A model generated the notes under the pieces. It was given only the letters and a program-made list of their open reading frames with translations, was not told the origin of the DNA and did no database searches. A program made the translations under genes and the position numbers. A stretch of 64,000 bases of DNA from the human T2T-CHM13v2.0 reference genome, Homo sapiens, in assembly GCF_009914755.1 (NCBI RefSeq), contig NC_060942.1. The stretch is one strand, 5' to 3'. Position 1 is the first letter of the stretch; each line of letters starts with the position of its first letter. Positions 11,898-29,820 of the stretch are shown in pieces.

Positions 11898-12770
11898 GTT
11901 GTTCTAAGTCTTGAGTGAGATAAAAATAAAGAGCCCCAACATGAGACTCACAGGAACTACTAACAAACTTTAGTTAAACGTTCATTTTGACTAGCTCCAG
12001 CCCTGATAAGAATAGTCCTTAATAAAGTCTCACTTTATTTCTGAAATAATAAGGAATTAGTGTTATAAGGCCCTTTGTCTACTTCAGGGAAAGAGAAGCT
12101 GAAAAGGCAACTTGGAAGACTACACTTGTGCAGAATTGGCTTCCCTCAGAGAGAGTTTAGCATCCTTGGATCCCCCATGCCATTCTTGATTATTCATGTT
12201 TCATAAAGTCCTTTTCATTATTCCAAGATTATGATTATATTTACCCAATATATACTCTGAGATCTCCACCATTTTATCATGAGTTATTATTTTCATACAC
12301 TCATAGATAAAAAGAATAAAATTTTAAAATCAAATGACATAGATTTCCCACTTCAGAAATTAGACAAAGAAAGGAAATTATGACCAAAGTAAGTAAAAAG
12401 GAGGACATAATGAGAGAAGAACAGTAATAAACGAAATGGAAAATGGACAAAGAATAGGAAAAACTAACATGTTAAAAGTTGGGTTCTCTTTGAAAAGGTT
12501 GATAAAAATGGCAACACCATAATAAGACTGATGAAGAATAAAAGATCAAGAAAAATTACAGATTACTGGTATAAGAATAAAATAGGGAATAATATCACAG
12601 ATAACACAGAAAAAAATGATAACAAGAAAATCTTTTTAACAACATAAGGCCAATAAATTCAACAACTTAGATGAAATAGATAAATTTCTTGTCAATTACA
12701 ACTTATAAAAATTGATATGTGGAGAAACAGAATATATGATTAACCTTATATTTAGTAAATAATGGAAGTC

Positions 12771-13081
<311 letters not shown>

Positions 13082-13700
13082 AAATAATGGAAGTCATAAT
13101 TAAAGCTTTCCCACAAAGAAAACTTCATGCCCACATAGCTTCACTGGTAAATTCTATCAAACATTTATGAAGAAGAAATAATATGGATCTTACACAAATT
13201 CGTTAGAAGAATACAAAAGGAACACCTCACAATTTATTTTATGAGGTCAGCGTAATCCTTCTATCAAATCAAATCCAGTGTGTTTTATTACAACATGACC
13301 AAGTAGTATTTACCTGAAGAATGTGAGGTTGGTTTAAGATTTGAAAATAATTCAATATAATTTACTACATTAAAGAACAAAGTCACACAATCCTTACTTT
13401 AAAAGAACAAATTCTCATCAAAGAAACAATACCCTTACATTATACTTACTGGGAAAGCATGAAAAGTTTTTCACTTGAAAATCAGAAACAAGACAAGTAT
13501 GTTTACATTCATAACTTCTAAGCAACTGTATTGGAGGTCCTAGTTAGTGAAAGAAGGCAAAGAGCAAATCACAAGAAGCCTAAAGATTAAAAAAGGAACA
13601 AGTAAAGCTGTCTCTATTAATAAACACCATTTTTCATATGGAAAATGCAATGGAATCTACAAACAACTAGTAAAACAAGTAAATAAATTTAGTAAGGTCT

Positions 13701-14019
<319 letters not shown>

Positions 14020-14280
14020 TTAGAATGCAAGGTCAACATACAAAAAAGCAATTGTATTTCTAGACATTAGTAACAAACAATAGAAAAATGAAATTCTAAA
14101 AGCACTGCCATTTAAAATAGTATCAAGAAAACACAAAATAGTAATACATTTAATAAAAGGTAGTCAATACCTCTACACTGAAAACTATCAAAAACCTCTA
14201 AAAGAAAAATTTACTAAATGAAAAGATATAGTGTGTTTATAGATTGTAAGATACTATTTTGTTAAGATGCTAAACTAGGA

Positions 14281-14497
14281 CAAGGATCAGAACACTATTT
14301 CTATAGATTCAGACTGTATGTATTTCAAGATTTATGGACCACACAATCTCTGTTGTAACTACTCAACATTTCAGTTATAAGACCAATCAACCACAGACAA
14401 TGTAAAGATTGATGAGCATGACTGTGTTTTAATAAAATTTTATTTAAAAAAAAGATTGCCGGTCACATTAGCTTGGAGGCCATAGTTTGCCAAATTA
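14281..14497 (+). mobile_element. MER58A hAT MITE
   Basis: Homologous to the MER58 halves at 2788-2916 and 9938-10045 (tctctgttgtaactactcaac...ggccatagtttgcc). Confidence 0.7.
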
Positions 14498-15064
14498 TAA
14501 TTTAGAATATTAACTTGGTTTATATTAAATACTATTTTGTTAATGCTAGTATTAATAACATGAATATATTAATGTTAATTTAGAATATGTAAGGAACTCC
14601 TATAAATCGGTTTTAAAATACGAACAACCCTTTAATAAAATGGGTACAGACTTAACTAGACACTTTACTAGCGAAGATATACAAATGGCCAACACATAAT
14701 ACACAAAGGAAATAAATGGCCAACACATGAAAAGTTTTTCAATGCTTTGCTTTAACACAAATAAATTAAGTTCTACTTTCTTGAGAATAAATAGTGTAGC
14801 CCTTTGGTTAGTTTAATCCACAGAGAAAGCACTTTGATTTTGATTAAGAGATGTAGTCTCCCTTCTCACTACAGAGCTATTTATGATAATACTGGATGGG
14901 AGATGATTGGAGCCCCCATGTTAGTGAAGACGGACTCCCCAGCACTATTGCAGCAGGGTCAGAATTCAAGGTACTACAGATGCTTTTCCTTAAAATCTAG
15001 TCATCAGTTTTGTTGAAACTATCTGTGACTTTTAAAAAATACATTTCTGCACTAAAAATGGCAG

Positions 15065-15140
15065 TAATATTCAAACTAGCAATCTCACTACTGGGTATCT
15101 GTCCAAAGGAAAATAAACCATTTTATCAAAAAGACACCTG
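15065..15140 (+). mobile_element. L1PB4/L1PA16-like 3' fragment, left part (host of the nest)
   Basis: agcaatctcactactgggtatctgtccaaaggaaaataaacc...agacacctg; continues at 28791. Confidence 0.75.
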
Positions 15141-16015
15141 TAACGGGGCAAAGCAAACTGGCGGAACAGGACCCTACATAGTTAGTTCTCTGCTGGAACA
15201 TCAAAGTTTAACAACTATCTGCACACAGAAAATTGCCATCACAAGAACCAAAAATCAGGTGAGCAATCATAATATCTGGTTTTAATTTCATATCACAAAA
15301 AGGGACATTGAAGAGGGTAGGAGAGACAGTCTTGAATCACTGATACCCCCCCTCCTTCATCCCCAGCAGCAGCTGTGTAGCTAAGAGAGAGGAACTTTGC
15401 AATTTGTGGAGGGAGAGTGCAGTGACTGAGGAACTTTACATTGAACTCAGTGGTTCCCTGTCACAGTAGAGAATAAAGCTGTACTGGGCTCAGCCAGCAC
15501 CTTCACATGGAGGGAGCATTTGGACCAGCCCTAGCCAGAGGAAAATTGCCCATCCCAGCAGTTAGAACTTGAGTTTCTCAGCAAGCCTCGCCACCACAGA
15601 CTGAAGTGTTCTGGGGTCCTAGGTAAACTTGAAGGGCAGTCCAGGATACCAGGAGTGCAATTTCTAGGCAACTTCTAGTACTAGGCTGTGCTTAGAACCA
15701 GTGGACTAGCACATGACCTAGGGAGACACCAGCTGGTGTGGCTAAGGCAGTGTTTGCACAATCTCTCCCTGAACCCCAATCAATGCAGCTTGCAGCAACA
15801 AATGTGACACCTTCCTTCTGCTTAAGGAGAGGAAAGTGAAAAGTAACAAAGTCTTGCATCTTAGGAACCAGCTCAGACATGGTAGGATGGGGCAGCAAAC
15901 AGAGTCATGAGGCCCTAGGTCTTGAACAACATTCCCAGACACACCCTGGGCTAAAAGGGAACTGCTTCCTTGAAGGGAAGGACCATTCCTGGCAGAATTC
16001 ATTACCTGTGATGAA

Positions 16016-16386
16016 TGATATGGCTCTATGTCTCACCCAAATCACATGTAGGATTGTAATTCCCAATGTTGGGGGAGGGACCTAGTGGGAGGTGATTGGA
16101 TCATGGGGGCATATTTCTTCCTTGCTGTTCTTGTGATAGTGAGTTCTTGTGAGATCTGGTTGTTTAAAGGTATGTAGCACTTCTCCCTCACTTTCTCTCT
16201 CCTACTCTGCCATGGTAAGACGTGCTTCTTTCCCTAAGCCTTCTGCCATGATTATAAGTTTCCTGAGGCCTCCCAGCCATATTTCTTGTTCAGCCTGTGG
16301 AACTGTGAGTCAATTAAACATCTTTTCTTCATAAATTACCCAGCCTCAGGTAGTTCTCTATAATGGTGTGAGAATGGACTAAAGCA
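16016..16386 (+). mobile_element. MSTA (MaLR) solo LTR
   Basis: tgatatggctctatgtctcacccaaatc...aaattacccagcctcaggtagttc...ggactaaagca. Confidence 0.85.
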
Positions 16387-17131
16387 CCTGCTGACTCAAG
16401 AACCCTTGGGTGCTGAATAACCAGCAGAAATACCCAGAAAGCACATCATGGGCCTTGGGATCTGAGACATGCTACCTCAGAGTTTACCAAGCACTTTTCC
16501 AGCTGTGGTGGCTATGATGAAAGACTCCTGTTTGAGAAAAGTACAGGTAAAAATAAAGGGAACATTGTCTTGTATCTTTAACACCAGTTTGACCACAGTA
16601 GGGCAAAGCAACAAGAAGGCTCTTGGAATCCCTAAGTCCAGCCCTAAGTTCCTGGACAGAATTTCTAGAACTACCTTTGGCCAGAAGAGAGCCCACTTCC
16701 CTGAAGGGTAAGCTCCAGGCCTACCAGCATTCACCACAAGCTTACAAAAGAGCCCTTGGGATTTAAGTGAACATCAACGGTGGCCTGGCAGAACCCCCAT
16801 GGACTGGTGGTGGTGGTGACCACAGGGAGAGGCTCCTCTGCCTGAGTAAAGGGGAGGGAAGAGTGGGAAGGACTCTGTATTGTGGTGTGAGTGTCAGCTT
16901 AGTTGCAGCAGAATATAACATTAAGTAAACTGCTAAGGTGTTTGACTTCAATTCCTGGCTCCCAGACAGCATCTCCGGACATGCCTGGTGACTGGAAGAA
17001 CTTGCCACCCTGAAGGGAATGGACTTGGGCAAGACTCAGTGTTGTGCTGACTTTAGGTCTGACCCAGCATGGTCCCCGTGGTGCTGGCCACAGGGGTGCT
17101 TGCATCACCACATCCCCAGCTCCAGGTATCT

Positions 17132-17134
<3 letters not shown>

Positions 17135-17166
<32 letters not shown>
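17135..17166 (+). repeat. (CA)n microsatellite
   Basis: Directly visible. Confidence 0.95.
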
Positions 17167-17169
<3 letters not shown>

Positions 17170-18814
17170 CCTCCATTTATTTGGGAGAAACCAAGGGAAA
17201 AGAACAAGAGTCTGCGGGTAATCAAAATAGTTCTTCCAGATCTTATTCAAAACCACCAGAGTGGTGCTTCCATGAGTCTAAAAAAACTACAGCAGTATTA
17301 GGCTTGGGGCCTATGTTCTTTTGAATACCTAGAAAGTCTTTCCAAGGACAGGTACAAACAAGCACAGACTGTGAAAACTACAGTAAATACCTAACTCTTT
17401 AATGTCCAGACACTGATGAACATCTACAAGCATTAACACTATTCAGGAAAACATCTCACCAAATGAACTAAATAAGGCACCAGGGACCAACCCCAGAGGA
17501 TCAGAGATATATGATCCTTCAGACAGATAATTCAAAATAGCTATTTTGAGAAAACTGAATAAATAGCTATTTTGAGGAAACTCAAGAAAATTCAAGATAA
17601 CACAGAGAAGAAATTCAGAATTCATAGAATTAATTAGATTTATTAATAATAAATGATTTGTTAATGATTAATTAATGATAGAATTAGTGATTACATTAAT
17701 TCTATCAGATACATTTAACAAAGAGATTAAAATAATTAAAAAGAATCCAGCAAAAGTAACAACCACCATTGCCATTGGTAGTGTTAATTACCATTGTTAA
17801 CTAGAAAGACTAAATGATAAACCAATCAAAAATAATGACTACAAAGACTTTTCAAGATGTACGCAGTACAATCAGACATAAAGAGAAACAACAACAAGTT
17901 AAAAAGTGGGGGATGAAGTCAAAGTGTAGAGTTTTTTTAGTTTTCTTTCTGCATACTTGTTTGTATATGCAATCAGTGTTGTCATCAGTTTAAAATGATA
18001 AGTTATAAGATAGTATTTGCAAGGCTCATCGTAACCTCAAATCTAAAAACATACAATGGATACACAAAAAGTAAAAAGCAAGAAATTAAAGAATACTACC
18101 AGAGAAAATCATGTTCACTAAGAAAGACAAGAAGGAAATAAAGAAGGATAGGACCACAAAAGAACCAGAAAACAAATTTTAAAATAGTAGAAAGAAGTCC
18201 CTAGTAGTCAATAATATTGAATGTAAATGCACTAAACTCTCCAATCAAAAGACATAGAGTGACTGAATGGATTAAAAAAAATAAGATTAAATGATCTGTT
18301 GCCAATAAGAAATAGAGTTCACTTATAAGGACACATATAGACTGAAAAAAAGAGATAAAAAAAGATATTTCATGCCAATGGAAACCAAAAAAGAGCAGAA
18401 GTAGCTATCCTTATTTCAGACAAAATAGATTTCAAGACAAAAGCTGTAAGAGACAAGGAGGTCACTTTATAATAATAAAGGAGTCAATTCAGCAAGTGGA
18501 TATAATGATTGTAAATATATATGCACCCACTACTAAAGCACATGATATATAAAGCAAATATTATTAGAGCTAAAGAGAGAGATAAACCCCAATACAATAA
18601 TGGCTGGAGACTTCAACACCCCACTTACAGCTTTGGACAGATCTCCCAGACAGCAAATCAGCAAAGAAACATCAGACGTACTCTATACTACAGACCAAAT
18701 TAATCTAACAGATATTTTCAGAACATTTTATCCAGTGGCTGCAAAATACACATTCTTTTCCACAGCACATGGATCATTCTTAAGAATAGACTATATGTTA
18801 GGTAAAAAAAAGTC

Positions 18815-19566
18815 TTTTTTGTTGTTATTTAGTTTTTATTTCATAACCATAAACTTAACTCTGCAATCCAGCTAGGCATGGAAGGGAACATGGAACCCAA
18901 AGGGAACTGCAGTGAGAGCACACAAATTATAGGATACTGTGAGCAAATGCGGTGGAGGAGTGCTCTCCTAAGCTACAGAAGGAATGGTCTGGTGGTTAAG
19001 ATAAAACACAAGTCAAACTTATTAGAATTGTCCACAGTCAGCAATGGTAATCTTCTTGCTGGTCTAGCCATTCCTGGACCCAAAGTGCTCCATGGCCTCT
19101 ACAATAGTCATGCCTTCTTTCACCTTGCCAAAGACCACATGCTTGCCATCCAACCACTCAGTCTTGGCAGGGCAGATGAAAAACTGGGAACCATGTGTGT
19201 TGGGTTCAGCATTTTCCATGGACAAGATGCCAGGACCTGTGTGCTTTAGGATGAAGTTTTCATCATCAAATTTCTCCCCGTAGATGAACTTGCCACCAGG
19301 GCCATTATGGTATGTAGAAATAAGTGACACATAAACCCTGACACATAAACCCTGGAATAATTCTGTGAAGGCAAGAACCATTATAACCAAATCCTTTCTC
19401 TCCAGTGCTCAGAGCATGAAAGTTTTCTGCTGTCTTCAGAAACTTGTCTGCAAGCAACTCAAAGCAGACATGGCCCAAAGGCTTACCGTTGATGGCGATG
19501 TCAAAGAACATGGTGGGTTGACCATGGCTAAGGCACAGGGCTCCCAGTGGCAGCTGCATCTGCAAA
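18815..19566 (-). pseudogene. PPIA: PPIA (cyclophilin A) processed pseudogene
   Basis: Intronless, with 5' UTR and ATG at 19525. Peptides [51 protein letters not shown] and [16 protein letters not shown]. 3' UTR with AATAAA and a poly(A) remnant at ~18815-18841. Flanked by a GTAAAAAAAA..AGTCTT duplication. Frameshifts and a premature TAG (19064-19066). Confidence 0.95.
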
Positions 19567-20404
19567 GTAAAAAAAACAAAGTCTTAAAACATTCGAAAAA
19601 TTGAAATATCAAGTATTTCCCTGATCACAATGGAATAAAACTAAAAATCAATCAAGAATTTTGGAAACTATACAAACACATGAAAATTAAAAACTATGCT
19701 CCTAAATTGATCAGTGGGCCAATGAAGAAATTGAGAAGGAAATTGAACATTTTCTTGAAACAAATAATAATGGAAACACAACATATCAAAACATATGAGA
19801 TATAGCAAGAGTAGTACTAGGAGGGAGCTGTATGTGCCTACATCAAAAAAGAAAATCAGAACATCAAATAAATAACCTAAGGATGCATCTTAAAGAACTG
19901 GGAAAGCAAGAGCAAATCAAACTTAAAGCTAGGAGAAGAAAAGAAATAATAATGATCAAAACAGTAATAAATTACTTTGAAATGAAGAAAACAAGACAAA
20001 AGATCAGTGAAAAAAAAGGTGAATTTTTGAAAAGATAAACAAAATTGACAAATCTTTAGCCAGACTAATTAAGAAAAAAAAGAGAGAAGACCCAAATAAA
20101 TAAAATCAAAGATAAAAATAGAGATATTACAACTGATAACACAGCAATTCAAAGGATCATTAGTGGCTGCTATGAACAATTATATGCCAATAAATTAGAA
20201 AATCTAGAAAAAAATGAGTAAATTCCTAGACACATGCAACTTACCTAGATTGAACCATGAAGAAATCCAAAACCTGAACAGACCAAAGACAAGTAATGAG
20301 ATCAAAGCCGTAACAAAAACTCTCCCAGTTAAAAAAAAAAAAAAAGCCCCAGACCCCAATATCTTCACTGCTGAATTCTACTAAAAGTTTAAAGAACTAA
20401 TACC

Positions 20405-21305
20405 GGGGGGGAGGAGCCAAGATGGCCAAATAGGAAGAGCTCTGGTCTACAGCTCACAGCATGAGCAACGCAGAAAACGGTGATTTCTGCATTTCCATCT
20501 GAGGTACCGGGTTCATCTCACTAGGGAGCGCCACACAGTGGGCGCAGGTCAGTGGGTGCGCGCACCGTGCGCGAGCCGAAGCAGGGCAAGGCATTGCCTC
20601 ACTTGGGAAGCGCAAGGGGTCAGGGAGTTCCCTTTCCGAGTCAAAGAAAGGGGTGACTGATGGCACCTGGAAAATCGGGTCACTCCCACCCGAATACTGC
20701 GCTTTTCCGACGGGCTTAAAAAACGCCGCACCACGAGATTATATCCCACACCTGGCTTGGAGGGTCCCACGCCCACGGAGTCTGGCTGATTGCTAGCACA
20801 GCAGTCTGAGATCAAACTGCAAGGCGGCAGCGAGGCTGGGGGAGGGGCGCCCGTCATTGCCCAGGCTTGATTAGGTAAACAAAGCAGCCGGGAAGCTCAA
20901 ACTGGGTGGAGCCCACCACAGTTCAAGGAGGCCAGCCTGCCTCTGTAGGCTCCACCTCTGGGGGCAGGGCACAGACAAACAAAAAGACAGCAGTAACCTC
21001 TGCAGACTTAAATGTCCCTGTCTGACAGCTTTGAAGAGAGCAGTGGTTCTCCCAGCACGCAGCTGGAGATCTGAGAACGGGCAGACTGCCTCCTCAAGTG
21101 GGTCCCTGACCCCTGAGCAGCCTAACTGGGAGGCACCACCCAGCAGGGGCACACTGACACCTCACACGGCAGGGTATTCCAACAGACCTGCAGCTGAGGG
21201 TCCTGTCTGTTAGAAGGAAAACTAACAAACAGAAAGGACATCCACACCAAAAACCCATCTGTACATCATCATCATCAAAGACCAAAAGTAGATAAAACCA
21301 CAAAG
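20405..21305. promoter_or_regulatory. L1 5' UTR sense and antisense promoter
   Basis: YY1 site CAAGATGGCC near the start and many retained CpGs. The promoter function is established for this family; activity here is not shown. Confidence 0.75.
20549..20857 (-). CDS. ORF0: L1 antisense ORF0, open with extended C-terminus (102 aa)
   Basis: MTGAPPPASLPPCSLISDCCASNQPDSVGVGPS...RVGVTRFSRC matches the L1 ORF0 N-terminus. Expression is unknown. Confidence 0.65.
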   Translation of the reverse strand: MTGAPPPASLPPCSLISDCCASNQPDSVGVGPSKPGVGYNLVVRRFLSPSEKRSIRVGVTRFSRCHQSPLSLTRKGNSLTPCASQVRQCLALLRLAHGARTH

Positions 21306-22322
21306 ATGGGGAAAAAACAGAACAGAAAAACTGGAAACTCTAAAAAGCAGAGCGCCTCTCCTCGTCCAAAGGAACTCAGTACCTCACCAGCAACAGAACA
21401 AAGCTGGATGGAGAATGACTTTGACGAGCTGAGAGAAGAAGGCTTCAAACGATCAAATTACTCTGAGCTACGGGAGGACATTCAAACCAAAGGCAAAGAA
21501 GTTGAAAACTTTGAAAAAAATTTAGAAGAATGTATAACTAGAATAACCAATACAGAGAAGTGCTTAAAGGAGCTGATGGAGTTGAAAACCAAGGCTCGAG
21601 AACTACGTGAAGAATGCAGAAGCCTCAGGAGCCGATGCGATCAACTGGAAGAAAGGGTATCAGCGATGGAAGATGAAATGAATGAAATGAAGCAAGAAGG
21701 GAAGTTTAGAGAAAAAAGAATCAAAAGAAATGAGCAAAGCCTCCAAGAAATATAGGACTATGTGAAAAGACCAAATCTACGTCTGATTGGTGTGCCTGAA
21801 AGTGATGGGGAGAATGGAACCAAGTTGGAAAACACTCTGCAGGATATTATCTAGGAGAACTTCCCCAATCTAGCAAGGCAGGCCAACGTTCAGATTCAGG
21901 AAATACAGAGAACGCCACAAAGATACTCCTCGAGAAGAGCAACTCCAAGACACATAATTGTCAGATTCACCAAAGTTGAAATGAAGGAAAAAATGTTAAG
22001 GGTAGCCAGAGAGAAATGTCGGGTTACCCTCAAAGGGAAGCCCATCAGACTAACAGCGGATCTGTCGGCAGAAACCCTACAAGCCAGAAGAGAGTGGGGG
22101 CCAATATTCAACATTCTTAAAGAAAAGAATTTTCAACCCAGAATTTCATATCCAGCCAAACTAAGCTTCATAAGCGAAGGAGAAATAAAATACTTTATAG
22201 ACAAGCAAATGCTGAGAGATTTTCTCACCACCAGGCCTGCCCTAAAAGAGCTCCTGAAGGAAGCACTAAACATGGAAAGGAACAACTGGTACCAGCTGCT
22301 GCAAAATCATGCCAAAATGTAA
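21306..22322 (+). pseudogene. L1 ORF1p, two nonsense codons
   Basis: MGKKQNRKTGNSK...LQNHAKM, with TAG at 21753-21755 and 21852-21854. Confidence 0.95.
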
Positions 22323-22385
22323 AGACCATCAAGACTAGGAAGAAACTGCATCAACTAACGAGCAAAATAACCAGCTAACATCATA

Positions 22386-26208
<3,823 letters not shown>

Positions 26209-28790
26209 ACAATGAGATCACATGGACACAGGAAGGGGAATATCACACTCTGGGGACTGTTGTGGGGTGGGGGGAGGGGGGAGGGATAGCATTGGGAGAT
26301 ATACCTAATGCTAGATGACGAGTTAGTGGGTGCAGTGCACCAGCATGGCACATGTATACATATGTAACTAACCTGCACAATGTGCACATGTACCCTAAAA
26401 CTTAAAGTATAAAAAAAAAAAAGAAGAACTAATACCAATCCTACTCAAATTGCTCCAGAAAAATAGAGGAGGAGGGACTACTTCCAAACTGATTCTACAA
26501 TGCCACTATAACCTTGATACCAAAACCAAAGACCTATCAAGAAAAGAAAAATATGGACCAACATCTCTAATGAACATTGATGCAAAAATCCTCACAAAAT
26601 ACTAGCAAACCAAATTCAACAACACATTAAAAACACTTTTTTTTAAAAAAAGGTCATTCATCATGACCAAGTGAGATTTATCCCTGGAATGCAACGATGG
26701 TTCAACATATGCAAACCAAACAATATAACACATCATATCAAAAGAATGAAGAACCAAAACCTCATGATCATTTCAATTGATGCCAAAAAGCATCTGATGA
26801 AGTTCAGCATTCCTTCATAATAAAAAAACTCTAAAAAAACTGGGGATAGAAAGAACATACCTCAACATAATAAAAGCTATATGTTACAGACCCACAGCTA
26901 GTATCATACTGAATGAGAAATAACTGAAATCCTTTCCTCTAAGATCTGAAACATGACAAAGATAGCCACTTTCACCACTGTTACATAACATAGTACTGGA
27001 AGTCCTACTTAGAGCAATCAGATAAGAGAAGGAAATAAAGTGCACTCAAATTGGAAAGGAAATGATCAAATTATTATTGTTTGCAGGTGATGCAATCTGA
27101 TATTTAGAAAAATCTAGACTCCATCAAAAATCTACTAGAATGAATGAACAAATTCAGTAAAGTCGCAGGATACAAATTCAACATACAAAATTCAGTAGCA
27201 TTTCTATATGCCAACAGTGAACAATCTAAAAAAAGAAATTAAAAAGTGATCCCAATTAAAATAGCACACATAAAATTAAGTACTTAGGAATTAACTTAAC
27301 CAAAGAATTGAAAGATCTCTACAATTAAAGCAATAAATCACTGATGAAAGAAATTGAACAAGACACAAAATTGGAAAGATATTTCATGTTCACAGATTGG
27401 AAGAATCAATACTGTTAAAATGCTCACACTATTCAAAGCAGTCTGCAGATTCAATGCAATTCATACTAAAATACAAATGACATTCTTCACAGAAATGGAA
27501 AAACAATCCCAAAATTTACACGGAATCACAAAAGACCCAGAATAGCCAAACCATCTCAAGAAAAAAAAAATTGGAGGAATCACATTACCTGACTTCGAAT
27601 TTTACTACAGAACTGCAGTAATCAAAACAGCATTGTACTGGCATAAAAACAGACACACAGACAAAGTGAAGAGACAACCCACAGAATGGGAGAAATTATT
27701 TGCAAACTACCCATCTGACAAGGGATTAATAACCAGAATATACAAGAAGCTCCACCAACTCTATAGGAAAAAAGAAACTAATAATCCAATTAAAAAATGG
27801 GCAAAAGATTTGAAAGACATTTCTCAAAAGAAGACATACAAATGACAAACAGGCATATGGAAAGGTGCTCACCATCACTGATCATCAGAGAAATGCAAAT
27901 CAAAACTATAAGGAGATATCAACTCACCCCAGTTAAAACAGCTTATATGCAAAAGACGAATGGGGGCAAGGATGTGGAGAAAAGTGAACCCTTGTACACT
28001 GTTGATGGGAATGTAAATTAGCACAGCCGCTATGGAGGACAGTTTGGAAGTTCCTTAAAAAACTAAAGACAGAACTACCAAAGAATCCAGCAATCCCACT
28101 GCTTCCCAAAAGAAAGGAAATCAGTATATTGAAGAGATACCTGCATTTCCATCTTTGTTGCCACACTGTTCACAATAGCCAAGATTTTGAAGCAATCTAA
28201 GTACCCATCAACAGATGCATGAATGAATAAAATATCTTTTTGTACATATACACAGTGGTGTACCAGTCAGCCATAAAAAAGAAATAGATCCTGTCATTTG
28301 CAGCAACATGGATGGAACTGAAGATCATTACGTTAAGTGAAATAAGCCAAGCAGGGAAAGTGAACATCACATGTTCTCACTTATTTGTGGGATTTAAAAT
28401 TCAAAACAATTGAACTCATAGAGATAGAGAATAAAAGGATGGGGTTACCAGAGGCTAGGAAGGGTAGTTGGGGGTGGTGGTGGGGTAGTTGAGCATGGTT
28501 AATGGATACCAAAAAAAGTAGCTAGAAACAATGAATAATACCTAGTATTTGATAGCAAAACAAGATAACTATAGTCAATAATACTTTAATTTTACATTTT
28601 AAAATAACTAAAGGAGTATAACTGGATTGTTTGTAACACAAAGACTAAATGCTTAGGCGGATGGATACCCAATTTTCCATGATGTGACTATTACACATTT
28701 CGTGCCTGTGCCAAAATGTCTCATGTAACCTATAAATTCATATACCTGCTATGTACCACAAAAATTATAAATAAACAAATTTAAAAAGAG

Positions 28791-29240
28791 AGACACCTGC
28801 TCCAAGTCATGGAATCAACATAGGTGCCATGGTGAATGGGATAAAGAAAATGTGATATATATATGTATACATATATATATCATGGAATACTATGCAGCCA
28901 TAAAAAAGATTGAGACATTTCCTTTGCAGCGACATAGCTAGAGGCCATTATCCTAAATTAAATAGCACAGAAACAGCAATTCAAATACCACATGTTCTCA
29001 TTTATAAGTGGAAGGTAAACAATGGTACACAAGCATATAAAAGTGGAAACAATAGATGCTGGGGACATCAAAAGCAGGGAGGGAGTAATAGAGGCAAGGG
29101 TTGAAGAACTGTCTATTGGGTACTATGTTCACTACTTGAGTGATGGGTTCACTAGAAGCCCAAACCCAGCATTACACAATACACTCATGTAACAAATCTG
29201 CACATGTACCCCCTGAATTTATAATAACGAATAAATAAAT
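28791..29240 (+). mobile_element. L1PB4/L1PA16-like 3' end, right part
   Basis: gggttgaagaactgtctattgggtactatgttcactac...catgtaacaaatctgcacatgtacccc plus an A-rich tail. Confidence 0.8.
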
Positions 29241-29604
29241 ATACATTTTTGAGACATACCCCGTCCGCACAATGAAAACTGCAGCTGATATTAGCTCCTG
29301 TTCATTTTCTCCATGTTACTTTTTGTTGTATGCTTACTCTGTTATTTTGCGAGGGTTGAAAAGAAAAGGAGAAAAACAATTAGATTCTTCTCTTACTTAA
29401 AACTAACTGATCGAATTAAAACACTGTGTAAATAGAAACAAAGTTTGATTACATTAACAAATTTTAATGTTTGACAAACCCAATCATTTCCCCTGCAGAA
29501 ATGCCACAAATGTTTAACAAATATTTGATACTTAACACATGAAAGGCATCCTAGGGTGTATATGAAGAACTGATCTTTGGAATTTCACAGTTTAGTTTAG
29601 CAGA

Positions 29605-29820
29605 AGCTGAGAAGTCAGGTGAATCTGAATTCAAATCCCCTATCTGCCTTTTAACTATCTGTATGAACCTGGAGGAGATACGGTGACTCCTTTGTTTCCT
29701 CATCTGGGAAGTGGGTATAGTAACACCTACTTCACATGTCCTTAGGAAAATAAATGAGGTTGTGCACATAAAGCACCACACAGTACCCAGACATACTAGG
29801 CAGCTAGATATTAGTTGCTT
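29605..29820 (+). mobile_element. MIR SINE
   Basis: ttcaaatccc...gtttcctcatctgggaagtggg...taaagcac. Confidence 0.75.

Noticed and set aside
19064-19565. Functional cyclophilin retrogene or TRIMCyp-like fusion
   Set aside because: Frameshifts near the start and in the catalytic region plus a premature stop; no TRIM exons are visible in the window.
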